The notes beneath the pieces are model-generated. The model searched no databases. It saw only the letters and a list, made by a program, of their open reading frames with translations, and had not been told where the DNA came from. The position numbers and the translations under genes are program-made. Below are positions 19,004-27,970 of a DNA stretch of 32,000 bases, one piece after another. Positions within the stretch are counted from its first letter, which is position 1. Each line of letters begins with the position of its first letter. Source of the DNA: Desulfocapsa sulfexigens DSM 10523 (GTDB lineage: Bacteria; Desulfobacterota; Desulfobulbia; Desulfobulbales; Desulfocapsaceae); NCBI RefSeq assembly GCF_000341395.1, contig NC_020304.1, positions 1,200,001-1,232,000 of the forward strand. The letters run 5' to 3'.

Positions 19004-20102
19004 GCTCTTGGAGGCAATTTTTTAAACTATGAAAAAAACGGTAATTCTCCTCGGTCGTACCCACGGTCACCCGAATCACATTGGTATACCCATAGGCCTT
19101 CATGGAACGAATGATTACACCCGTCCGGAGCATAGCTTCATAGAGAGCTGTAGCATCCCCCTTGACATCGATGAGAAAAAAATTTGTCTGGGAAGGATAG
19201 CTGGTGCAGCCAAGTGTCTCCACTTTTTTCTGCAGCCACTCCATTCCTGCCCTGGTTCCATCAAGTGTTTTCTGATAAAATTCCGTATCATTCAACGCAG
19301 CAATGGCTGCCACCTGAGCGAGTTGGTTTACGTTAAATGGCTGTCGTACCCGGTGCAGATATCCCGCAATCTCAGCACTCATAAGGCCGTAGCCCACACG
19401 AATGCCAGCAAGTCCATATGCTTTAGAAAACGTCCGCAGAGCGACCACACCACAACGTTCTTTTGAGTTATGGATAAGTGAATACATATCCACCTGCAAC
19501 TCAGGATCCATAAAATCTCTATAGGCCTCGTCAAGAACCACGATAACCGTTTCCGGTACTTTACTGAGAAAGGCGTACAACGCACCAGGATTTATTGCTG
19601 TTGCGGTGGGGTTGTTAGGGTTATCGAGAAATATGAGACGGGTTTTATCGGTGACAGCCTCAAGCATTGCGTCAAGATCGTGGTGCATTCCTTTCAAGGG
19701 AAAAACAATATTCACCCCTCCCCGAACCTGTACTACTTTCTGATACATGAGAAAGGATGGATGGCTGGTTATCACCTCATCTCCGGGTTCAACATAGGCC
19801 TTTACCAGGAATTCTATTATATCGTCTGAACCATTCCCAACAACCACCTCATTTGGCGCAAACCCAACCTTCTCGGCTATAGCCTGTACTAAATAATAAT
19901 TGGAACCATCGGGATAGCGGTGCAGATTTGTCAGAGCTTCACCGATAGCCTCAATAGCCTTCGGTGACGATCCCCAGGCATTTTCATTAGAGGCCAGTTT
20001 TATGGGATTCTTCACCCCGTACTCCCGCTCCAACTCCTCGATAGGCTTACCTGGGGGATAGGGAACAATAGATCTGATATTTTCCGGAACTCTTGCTTTC
20101 AC
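18987..20102 (-). CDS. hisC: Histidinol-phosphate aminotransferase
   Basis: 'KLASNENAWGSSPKAIEAI', 'VVVLDEAYRDF', 'RTFSKAYGLAGIRVGYG'. Confidence 0.93.
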   Translation of the reverse strand: MKARVPENIRSIVPYPPGKPIEELEREYGVKNPIKLASNENAWGSSPKAIEAIGEALTNLHRYPDGSNYYLVQAIAEKVGFAPNEVVVGNGSDDIIEFLVKAYVEPGDEVITSHPSFLMYQKVVQVRGGVNIVFPLKGMHHDLDAMLEAVTDKTRLIFLDNPNNPTATAINPGALYAFLSKVPETVIVVLDEAYRDFMDPELQVDMYSLIHNSKERCGVVALRTFSKAYGLAGIRVGYGLMSAEIAGYLHRVRQPFNVNQLAQVAAIAALNDTEFYQKTLDGTRAGMEWLQKKVETLGCTSYPSQTNFFLIDVKGDATALYEAMLRTGVIIRSMKAYGYTNVIRVTVGTTEENYRFFHSLKNCLQELGYVS

Positions 20103-20118
20103 CGTAACAGCCTCCCAA

Positions 20119-21579
20119 TCAACCTATTTCTGGGCATTTATTGCCCAAATGCGTGGCACGTTCCACATTGTATGCTGCTCGAAACAAAGTATCCTCTCGG
20201 AAATGAGGTCCCTGCAGTTGAATACCAATGGGAAGACCATCACTACTGAAACCACCCGGAACCGATATCCCTGGAATACCCGCAAGGTTTGCAGATATTG
20301 TTAAGATATCGGAGAGATACATGGCAAGAGGGTCGTTGGCATGGGCTCCGCGTTTCCATGCTGGAGTAGGTGTTACCGGGGAAATAAGCAGATCGCAGGA
20401 TTTGTATGCCTTTTGAAAATCACTGAGGATAAGAGTTCGAACCTGGGATGCTTTTTTGTAATAAGCATCATAGTAGCCTGAAGAGAGTGCATACGTTCCA
20501 ATCAAAATACGACGCTTCACCTCATCTCCAAAACCACTGGAACGCGTTTCCCTGTACATATCAGAGAGTGAATCCGCATCCTGATCACGATACCCGTAAA
20601 CCACACCGTCATAACGAGCCAGATTGGAACTGGCCTCGGCAGAGGATATCAGATAATAGACCGCAACACAGTATTCGGTGTGGGGCAGTGAAACATCTAC
20701 TATCTCTGCACCACAACTTTTCAGCGCCTGAATACCACCTTCAACCACCTTTGCAACCTCAGGATCCAGCCCATCACCAAAATATTCCCTTGGAATACCG
20801 ACCCTTACGCCCTTCATCCCCTCGGTAAGAGAGGCTGTGAAATCCGGAAGATCCTGTTTGACAGAGGTTGAATCCCGCCTATCGTAGCCCGCGATTGCGT
20901 TCATTACCATCGCTGAGTCCCTTACATCACGGGTCAAAGGACCGATCTGATCAAGGGATGAAGCAAAGGCCACCAGGCCATAACGGGAAACACGACCATA
21001 GGTTGGCTTCATCCCAACAACACCGCACAGGGAAGCAGGCTGCCTGATGGAACCACCTGTATCGGAACCAAGCGACCCAAGACACTCCATGGCAGCAACA
21101 GAAGAGGCTGACCCCCCAGAGGATCCCCCGGCAACATAGCCGTTTTTCCAGGGGTTTTCTGGAACAGTAAAGGCACAATTCTCAGAAGTTGATCCCATGG
21201 CAAACTCATCCATGGCCACTTTTCCCACAATAACAGCGCCCTGATTTTTCAGTTTTTCTACCACAGTGGCATCGTAGGGAGGGATAAAGTTCTCAAGTAT
21301 TTTTGAGCCACAGGTTGTGGTCATCCCTTGAGTACAAAGAAGATCCTTCAAAGAAAAAGGAATACCACAGAGAGGAGCAGATTTTCCTGTGGCCAGTTCT
21401 TTATCAGCAGCATCAGCCTGTTTCAAAGCCTCCTCTTCTGTCACTCGAATAAAAGAATGGATACTGCCATCAACATCTTTTATTCTTTCCAGACAACTGG
21501 TAGTCAGTTCCCTAGATGACAGTTTACCGTCATCAAGCGCCGTTCGTGCCTGACCAATGGTTAACTCATACGGATTCAT
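20119..21579 (-). CDS. gatA: Aspartyl/glutamyl-tRNA amidotransferase subunit A
   Basis: Amidase signature 'GYVAGGSSGGSASSVAAMECLGSLGSDTGGSIRQPASLCGVVGMKPTYGRVSRYGL'. Confidence 0.97.
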   Translation of the reverse strand: MNPYELTIGQARTALDDGKLSSRELTTSCLERIKDVDGSIHSFIRVTEEEALKQADAADKELATGKSAPLCGIPFSLKDLLCTQGMTTTCGSKILENFIPPYDATVVEKLKNQGAVIVGKVAMDEFAMGSTSENCAFTVPENPWKNGYVAGGSSGGSASSVAAMECLGSLGSDTGGSIRQPASLCGVVGMKPTYGRVSRYGLVAFASSLDQIGPLTRDVRDSAMVMNAIAGYDRRDSTSVKQDLPDFTASLTEGMKGVRVGIPREYFGDGLDPEVAKVVEGGIQALKSCGAEIVDVSLPHTEYCVAVYYLISSAEASSNLARYDGVVYGYRDQDADSLSDMYRETRSSGFGDEVKRRILIGTYALSSGYYDAYYKKASQVRTLILSDFQKAYKSCDLLISPVTPTPAWKRGAHANDPLAMYLSDILTISANLAGIPGISVPGGFSSDGLPIGIQLQGPHFREDTLFRAAYNVERATHLGNKCPEIG

Positions 21580-21656
21580 TACTCAAACACCTCAAAAGAA
21601 AAAAGAACCATAAATGGTTCAAAAAAAAAAGACAGGTTTCCTACTGTTCACCAGTG

Positions 21657-21941
21657 TCAGATAATTTTTGGTACAATAAAGGCGTCCTCATTTACATGGG
21701 GGCCATTGGAGAGCGCCTCATCCACTGAGAGGGATTTCTGTACTTCATCCTCCCGAAAGGCATTGGAAATGGAAAAAGCATGAGTAGTGGGGGGCACACC
21801 TGCAGTATCCAGTTCATCAAGCTTGGCAACATATAACAGAATTGTATCGAGCTGTCCGGTCATTCTGGCCAGTTCTTCTTCACTCATGTTTAACTTGGCC
21901 AATTTCGCAACATGTTCTACTTCTTCGCGTGTGATTTTCAT
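21657..21941 (-). CDS. gatC: Aspartyl/glutamyl-tRNA amidotransferase subunit C
   Basis: 'ITREEVEHVAKLAKLNMSEEELARMTGQLDTILLYVAKLDELDTAGVPPTTH' immediately upstream of gatA. Confidence 0.95.
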   Translation of the reverse strand: MKITREEVEHVAKLAKLNMSEEELARMTGQLDTILLYVAKLDELDTAGVPPTTHAFSISNAFREDEVQKSLSVDEALSNGPHVNEDAFIVPKII

Positions 21942-22062
21942 TCAGTTATATCTTTTTTATCTGTTTCAATTCTTAGCACCCTGTATATTTTTAAAAGGGT
22001 CATTTAAAGTGAGTGCCGGCTAGCGACTATTTCACCACCACTGTTAGCCTTCACAGGAAAAA

Positions 22063-23187
22063 CTAATTTTCCTGCTCAATATTAAATTTCTCCAGATACT
22101 CCCTGGAAAATGCATCACCAGTTGAGGTGAAATCAACAATGGCCTCACTGAAAGCCAGGACACACTCTTTATCAAACTGCGATTCAACACAGCTATTCAG
22201 CTCTTCAACAGCCTCCATCATAGTCATATTGCGTCGATAATTCCTTCTGGAGGTCATAGCATCGTAACTGTCCACTACAATCAATATCTTTGTTAACACA
22301 TCAAGATCATCACCTTTAAGCCCATCGGGGTATCCCTTGCCATCCATACGCTCGTGGTGATGACGAATTATAAAATGTTCTCTGTCCATAAATCCCAGAG
22401 GTTTTATAATATTTGCCCCGACGACTGGATGTTTACGTATTAGGGCCCATTCTTCGTCGTTGAGTTTTCCGGGTTTCTGAATACAGGAAAGATCAATAAC
22501 CAGTTTTCCAATATCATGAAACTGTGCTGCACGACGTAAAATAACTAGATCATTTTCCGACACATTCATCGCAACACCCAGGAGAACTGCATACTCAGTT
22601 ACCCGCATGGTGTGTCCTGCTGTATAAAAATCCTTCTCCTCCATGGCGTTTTGGAGACTGGACATCAGTTGAACTGTAGCATTTTCAAGACTATGGCTGT
22701 ATTGCAGTAAAAGCTTGTTCGTTTTCTCCAGTTCAATAGCCTTTGCCCGAACATCATCCTCAAGCTCCTGCTTGTAATGAACCTCGCGGCGAATAAACAT
22801 TCGCTTCTCGATGGCCCGACGAATCTTGACGTTGAAAATATCAAGATCCTCAATGGGTTTTGTAAGAAAATCATAGGCGCCAAGGTTGATCGCCTTGACT
22901 GCATAATCCATGGAGCCAGCCCCGGTGAGGAAAATTACCGGAATATCATAGTCCAGAAGATTTAAAGCTTCGATGGTTTCAAAACCATCCATACCCGGCA
23001 TATTGATATCGAGCAAAATAACATCAAATGAATCATCTACAATTTCAGCAACATACTTCCCATCGTTTACAGAAACAACCTCGTGACCAAACATTTCGAG
23101 AATTTTCGACACAGTGGTACGCACCATCTTGTCATCATCGGCAACCAGAATTTTCGTCCGCACTGTTTCCAATTCCCCTACCCTCAA
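22063..23187 (-). CDS. Response regulator with HD-GYP-type phosphodiesterase domain
   Basis: REC domain 'KILVADDDKMVRTTVSKILEMFG...DVILLDINMPGMDGFE'; 'AAQFHDIGKLV...HHERMDGKGYPDGLKGDDL'. Confidence 0.92.
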   Translation of the reverse strand: MRVGELETVRTKILVADDDKMVRTTVSKILEMFGHEVVSVNDGKYVAEIVDDSFDVILLDINMPGMDGFETIEALNLLDYDIPVIFLTGAGSMDYAVKAINLGAYDFLTKPIEDLDIFNVKIRRAIEKRMFIRREVHYKQELEDDVRAKAIELEKTNKLLLQYSHSLENATVQLMSSLQNAMEEKDFYTAGHTMRVTEYAVLLGVAMNVSENDLVILRRAAQFHDIGKLVIDLSCIQKPGKLNDEEWALIRKHPVVGANIIKPLGFMDREHFIIRHHHERMDGKGYPDGLKGDDLDVLTKILIVVDSYDAMTSRRNYRRNMTMMEAVEELNSCVESQFDKECVLAFSEAIVDFTSTGDAFSREYLEKFNIEQEN

Positions 23188-23265
23188 TAAGATTGAGAAA
23201 ACACTCTAATATTACAAATATTCAGTTACAGCTGTCAGGTTTCAAAATTACATGAAAAAAGAATT

Positions 23266-24342
23266 TTACAATTTCCAAAACCTTTTTGCAACATCCCTTG
23301 CCTGAACAATAGCTGGATGAACAGATTTTTTTCCACTTAATAGTTTGCTGGCAGGTTCCTTGAGATTTGTTGGATAACCGGTATCCAGTGGCTCACCCAG
23401 AAGTTCAGACAACACAGCCATGGCCCCGTCACGCTGCCCGTTCAAGTCATAACCACCTTCCAGGGTCACCAGCAACCGCCCCTCGCACACCGTCTCCGCC
23501 AACTGTACCATTGCCCGTGTAAGATAAGCAAACCCTGGGGCCGTAACTTCCATGGCACCTAGAGGGTCGCCTTTATATATATCAAAGCCACAGGATATCA
23601 GGATCAGTTCCGGATTATACTCTTTGCCAATCGGTACGATAATATCATCAAAAATAGTGGCGTAATCAATGTCCCCCTGATACCCGGGAAGAGGAATATT
23701 TATCGTGTAACCATCCCCTTTTCCTTTTCCTGTTTCGGTGACGGCACCAGTACCCGGATAGTAGGGGTACTGATGGGTCGAAACATAGAGCACCATATCT
23801 GAATCATAAAAAGAATTCTGAGTACCGTTACCGTGGTGAAGATCCCAATCCACGATCATTACCCGCTTCATTTTATGATGGGATATTGCATATTTTGCAG
23901 CCACAGCCACATTGTTAAACAGGCAAAACCCCATGGATCTATCCCTTTCAGCATGATGTCCAGGAGGGCGAACAAGGGCAAAACCATTATCAACAGCGCC
24001 CTCTACAAGGAGGTCAACCCCTTTAACCAGTGCGCCTGCAGCAAGAATTGCCGCTGCATAGGAATCAGGTGAAGTTTTTGTGTCAGGGTCAAGTGCATCA
24101 AAAATCTTTCCAGCAGTTTCAGCCACCCTATCAATAAGATCCTTTCCATGATTTAACCCTATAATATCGTGGGATGCGGGTTCAAAATCCGGATAAACAA
24201 AACAATCTTTCACCTCTTCTTTGTCGAGCACCTCATTGATAACCTTCAGCCGCTGAGGGGATTCCGGATGGTCAAAACCGGGATCATGATCCAAAAAAAG
24301 AGAGTCTCTCAATACTGCTGTTTTACGCATACCCTTCTCCAA
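23266..24342 (-). CDS. Histone deacetylase family / acetoin-utilisation-like deacetylase
   Basis: 'HHAERDRSMGFCLFNNVAVAAKYA', 'RVMIVDWDLHHGNGTQNSFY', 'VTLEGGYDL'. Confidence 0.93.
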   Translation of the reverse strand: MEKGMRKTAVLRDSLFLDHDPGFDHPESPQRLKVINEVLDKEEVKDCFVYPDFEPASHDIIGLNHGKDLIDRVAETAGKIFDALDPDTKTSPDSYAAAILAAGALVKGVDLLVEGAVDNGFALVRPPGHHAERDRSMGFCLFNNVAVAAKYAISHHKMKRVMIVDWDLHHGNGTQNSFYDSDMVLYVSTHQYPYYPGTGAVTETGKGKGDGYTINIPLPGYQGDIDYATIFDDIIVPIGKEYNPELILISCGFDIYKGDPLGAMEVTAPGFAYLTRAMVQLAETVCEGRLLVTLEGGYDLNGQRDGAMAVLSELLGEPLDTGYPTNLKEPASKLLSGKKSVHPAIVQARDVAKRFWKL

Positions 24343-24347
24343 CAGTC

Positions 24348-24929
24348 CTATCGGCTTCCTCTAATTGTCCGTTTTTCAGTTATTATATAATCAAGCAACT
24401 CATCATGGTCCTGAAGAGGGGCCTTTTTTACCATCTGCAACTCATAAGAAAGTCCAACCCGTAATGCCTGTGGTGCTTTCTGGGAGACAAATCGATCATA
24501 GTATCCGCCGCCGTAGCCCATTCTCCCACCTCTTTCATCAAAAACGGACCCGGGAAGAAAAATAATATCAATTGTGCCGGGAGAAATCATCTGTTTTTCT
24601 CGAATAGTAACAATCGGCTCTGGAATAGAACAGTACCCTGGAGCAAGGTCAGTGTCTGGATCCTTTATGGAAACAGCTAACAAATCTCTCTCTCTCACAA
24701 GAGTCACAGGAACAAGGACTTTTTTTCCACATTGTAACATGTGCGTAATAAGAGGACGAGTGGAAACCTCTGAACGAAAATCAACGTAAACAAAGACAGT
24801 TGCAGCACCTTTATAAAAGGGCATACCAATAATCCTATTTATGATCATCATGCTACGCCTCCTCTGTTCTTCACGGGAAAGCATATCACGTTGCAATAGA
24901 GTATCTTTTCGTAAAATTTTCAAATCCAT
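24348..24929 (-). CDS. 5-formyltetrahydrofolate cyclo-ligase
   Basis: 'DIIFLPGSVFDERGGRMGYGGGYYDRFV' signature. Confidence 0.9.
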   Translation of the reverse strand: MDLKILRKDTLLQRDMLSREEQRRRSMMIINRIIGMPFYKGAATVFVYVDFRSEVSTRPLITHMLQCGKKVLVPVTLVRERDLLAVSIKDPDTDLAPGYCSIPEPIVTIREKQMISPGTIDIIFLPGSVFDERGGRMGYGGGYYDRFVSQKAPQALRVGLSYELQMVKKAPLQDHDELLDYIITEKRTIRGSR

Positions 24930-24991
24930 GATGTAACCTATAAGACAAAAAGAATAATGTCGATTCGGAAAAAATTATGTTCATAAAAAAA

Positions 24992-25028
24992 AAATCGCAG
25001 TTTCTACTGAGGAGAAACTGCGATTTTC
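24992..25028. terminator. Intrinsic terminator downstream of yedE-like gene
   Basis: AAAATCGCAGTTTCT-ACTGAGG-AGAAACTGCGATTTT, with A-run/T-run flanks. Confidence 0.9.
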
Positions 25029-25075
25029 ACCCCCTACACACTGTGTAGAGAAACGAATAACTACAAGACCCAGTA

Positions 25076-26365
25076 TCACATAGGCACAATCAGCTTATTC
25101 GTGTCTTCGTTCCAGGTCACAACCAGATACCAGACCATCATTATAAAAGCGATCATGGCAATTGTTCCGCCATATCCCATAACATCCGGAAGGTAAACAT
25201 AGGATCCAAGAGCACCTGATTTTTCCAGGTTTATTTCGTCTGCTCCAAAATTCTGGAACCATTTAGTCATAAGTGAATTAGATACGGCAAAGAATGGTAC
25301 AACCATTATCAATTTGACCTGACCTTCACCAACACGCCACAGGGTACCTGAACCACAACCACCTGCGAGCATGGCGCCAAGACCAAAAATAAAACCACCA
25401 ACAATTGATCCCCAACCAAAAGTTCCACGCACATAGTTTATAGGAGCCAAAACAGACTCCCCACCATGAGCAACAGGCACAGCATACTTTAATACGGCAC
25501 CACCGATTGCAAGAAGTAGAATAGACAATGCAACGGACTTCGCCAGGGTACAATCACCTGTCATATGAGGCTCACGAAAGCCCTGAACCATACACCAGCG
25601 TCCACGCTGCATAGTGTACCCAAGTCCTGCCGCAATCAGGATTATACCAGAAAGAGATGCAATATATTCCTCACTCTTATCACCTGCCCAACTAAAAGCC
25701 CCTTCCTCAAATCCAGCATACGCATACGCTGCCCATACGAGCGCTGCAAGGGCACCTATTGCAAGTATTGACTGAAGAGCATTTGGAACATTAATAGTTC
25801 CAGATCCACCGTCACCCCAGGAGATGTACTCCATCTCCATATAGAGAAGTTTCAATCCTAATAATACGCCAGCTACCAGGCCTATCCACATGGTAAAACC
25901 ATTTGCTGCAAGGTTTCCAATGGCATTGTACATACCACCCACATTACAACCACCGGCAAGAGTTGCACCTACACCCATGAGAATACCGGCAATAACCGCC
26001 TTTACCATTTCACGATAGGGTGGAATGCGAAGCGCAAAATCCCTTCCAAGACAGGCTGAAATAAAAGCCCCTCCAATAAAACCAATACCAATGACGGATC
26101 CAGTATTCCCCATAAGTGCAGCTGGTGCCTCATCGTACAAACCCAGCAGTCCACTTTCAGCACCTATAATGGTATTTAATCCATAAATGATCCAGTCTCC
26201 CCAGTTACGAATCGCTCCAACAGCACCCCATGGGCGCCACCATGCCATTATCAAAATTGAAAGAAACGCAACAATAACCCCAGCTATGGTGGCATTCCAT
26301 TCTGATTTACAACAGGTTTTGTAAAGATCCTTCACCTTACTCCCAATTACACTTTCCTCACTCAT
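25076..26365 (-). CDS. YeeE/YedE-family membrane protein (putative sulfur- or selenium-species transporter)
   Basis: Paired motifs 'GATLAGGCNVGGMYNAIGNLAANG' and 'GAMLAGGCGSGTLWRVGEG', 'GRWCMVQGFREP'; multi-TM. Confidence 0.9.
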   Translation of the reverse strand: MSEESVIGSKVKDLYKTCCKSEWNATIAGVIVAFLSILIMAWWRPWGAVGAIRNWGDWIIYGLNTIIGAESGLLGLYDEAPAALMGNTGSVIGIGFIGGAFISACLGRDFALRIPPYREMVKAVIAGILMGVGATLAGGCNVGGMYNAIGNLAANGFTMWIGLVAGVLLGLKLLYMEMEYISWGDGGSGTINVPNALQSILAIGALAALVWAAYAYAGFEEGAFSWAGDKSEEYIASLSGIILIAAGLGYTMQRGRWCMVQGFREPHMTGDCTLAKSVALSILLLAIGGAVLKYAVPVAHGGESVLAPINYVRGTFGWGSIVGGFIFGLGAMLAGGCGSGTLWRVGEGQVKLIMVVPFFAVSNSLMTKWFQNFGADEINLEKSGALGSYVYLPDVMGYGGTIAMIAFIMMVWYLVVTWNEDTNKLIVPM

Positions 26366-26708
26366 ACAGCTCCTCCCCTTATAGAATCTTAGTTTTAGTA
26401 AAAGCTTGTTATCTAAATTAGAGTTTTCTTACTCTTGCCCAACACTTTTGTCAAGTATCTATGGACAAACAAGGTCTCCTAATGCCTTTTGAACTCATGC
26501 ATTTATCACATTAAAACAATGTATTAACTGCTTAAGGAGGGCTTGAATAGTCATTCATTTTGCCCTTGACATAATCTCATAGCTAAAGTATACGTCTGAC
26601 TATTATCTATTCAGTGTTGACCATATAACACTGAGCAAAATTATTTAAGACTAAGAAAACAATTACGTTTATCAGTCTATCGAAACAATATTTCCAGGAG
26701 GAAAACCC

Positions 26709-26966
26709 ATGAGTGACCTTAAAGTTGCCGCAGACGGAATTGCAGTAGCAGCCACACTTGATGCAAAGGGATTGAGTTGTCCCATGCCTCTTCTTCGTAC
26801 AAAAAAAGAAATAGGAAAAATCGCCTCCGGTGAAGTTCTCCAGATAGATGGTACCGACCCAGGTTCCAGAAATGATCTTCCAGGCTGGTGTAGTCGTGCT
26901 GGACATGAGTACCTCGGCGAAAAAGAGCAGTCAGGTTATATTAGCTTTTTTGTAAAAAAAGGTTGA
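26709..26966 (+). CDS. tusA: TusA-family sulfurtransferase
   Basis: 'LDAKGLSCPMPLLRTKKEIGKIASGEVLQIDGTDPGSRNDLPGWCSRAGHEYLG' with CPMP motif; strong RBS (CCAGGAGG) upstream. Confidence 0.9.
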   Translation: MSDLKVAADGIAVAATLDAKGLSCPMPLLRTKKEIGKIASGEVLQIDGTDPGSRNDLPGWCSRAGHEYLGEKEQSGYISFFVKKG

Positions 26967-27026
26967 TTGTAACTCGTAACTGTTTCTTGTGTTTACTAAA
27001 AAATAAGCAATTTCCTGGAGGATACT

Positions 27027-27344
27027 ATGTCCAAAAGTCTCGGAATATTCGTGACCAACCCTGACCAGTTCAAACATGTAATGGGTATAACAAAAGCTGC
27101 TAAAGCTAAGGGTTCCAATGTAAAGGTATTTTTTACCTGGGATGCTACTCATAACGCAAAAAAAGAAGCTGGTTTTCCTGAGCTTTGTAAAATAGCTGAT
27201 GATGTTTCTATCTGTGTGGATAGTTACAAAAACATGGGATATGATATTGATGATATTCCTGAGGGTCTTGAAGCCAAAAAAATGGCCACTCAGGCTCAGC
27301 ATGGAATAATCATTGAAGATTACGATTGTTACTTAAGTTTATAG
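27027..27344 (+). CDS. DsrE-family protein
   Basis: 'LGIFVTNPDQFKHVMGITKAAKAKGSNVKVFFTWDATH...' and 'CYLSL' C-terminus, typical DsrE/DsrF-like fold sequence. Confidence 0.8.
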   Translation: MSKSLGIFVTNPDQFKHVMGITKAAKAKGSNVKVFFTWDATHNAKKEAGFPELCKIADDVSICVDSYKNMGYDIDDIPEGLEAKKMATQAQHGIIIEDYDCYLSL

Positions 27345-27353
27345 GAGTTTCCC

Positions 27354-27665
27354 ATGGAATATAATAAAGTATGTCTGATGTACCGCAACCAGGATTGTAC
27401 CGTTGATGGTATCCGTTCAGCTCTTGGGCTTGCTGTTGAAAACATGTACGCATATGGTTGCGTAATGGATGAGCCTAAAATGGAAAAATTCAATGAGCTC
27501 CAGGCTGAGTCTCTTGAAATGCTCCGTGATATGGAAGGTGATGTTTTTGCAACAACAACCGCAAACTGCGAACTCAATGATCTTGAGCCTATCACTATTG
27601 AAGAATTAGGTGAAAAACTTCGCGACATGACCCATATAATCCCTTACGGCATTATAAAAGCTTAG
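27354..27665 (+). CDS. DsrE/DsrF-like or hypothetical protein of the YTD-type cluster
   Basis: 'KVCLMYRNQDCTVDGIRSALGLAVENMYAYGCVMDE' resembles the DsrE/F 'GLRTALGLAVEN' pattern; 9-nt gap from the upstream dsrE stop. Confidence 0.6.
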   Translation: MEYNKVCLMYRNQDCTVDGIRSALGLAVENMYAYGCVMDEPKMEKFNELQAESLEMLRDMEGDVFATTTANCELNDLEPITIEELGEKLRDMTHIIPYGIIKA

Positions 27666-27677
27666 GAGCAACTGATT

Positions 27678-27851
27678 ATGAAAATTCTTAATATTTATCG
27701 TTCAGAACCTGATGATACAACAAAAAAGCTGGTGGAGATTGTAACTAGAGATCGTGATGCAGATTCTTTCGATCTTAATGTTGATGCACCTGATTATTCA
27801 GCTCTGGTTGATAAGATATTCGATGCAGACCAGACTATTTGCTGGTGGTAA
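27678..27851 (+). CDS. 57-aa protein ending CWW, last gene of tusA-dsrE cluster (not in ORF track)
   Basis: Manual translation: MKILNIYRSEPDDTTKKLVEIVTRDRDADSFDLNVDAPDYSALVDKIFDADQTICWW*. 'TTAGGAGCAACTGATT' RBS; followed by an intrinsic terminator. Confidence 0.75.
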   Translation: MKILNIYRSEPDDTTKKLVEIVTRDRDADSFDLNVDAPDYSALVDKIFDADQTICWW

Positions 27852-27871
27852 GATATATTCAACTTCGTTTT

Positions 27872-27918
27872 AAAAAAAGCCCCTTACTTGATTATTTAAG
27901 TGAGGGGTTTTTTTTTTA
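27872..27918 (+). terminator. Intrinsic terminator closing the tusA-dsrE operon
   Basis: AAAAAAAGCCCCTTACTT-GATTATTT-AAGTGAGGGGTTTTTTTTTT (one G-U pair). Confidence 0.92.
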
Positions 27919-27970
27919 TTAGTTGAAAGACTAAAAAATTAATTATATTTTTTTCGTTATTCACTATTCC

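Noticed and set aside
24930-25075. Checked for a 6S RNA gene, which often sits beside the 5-FTHF cyclo-ligase gene
   Set aside because: The gap is only ~146 bp and is mostly explained by a simple terminator hairpin; no extended 6S-like structure is visible.
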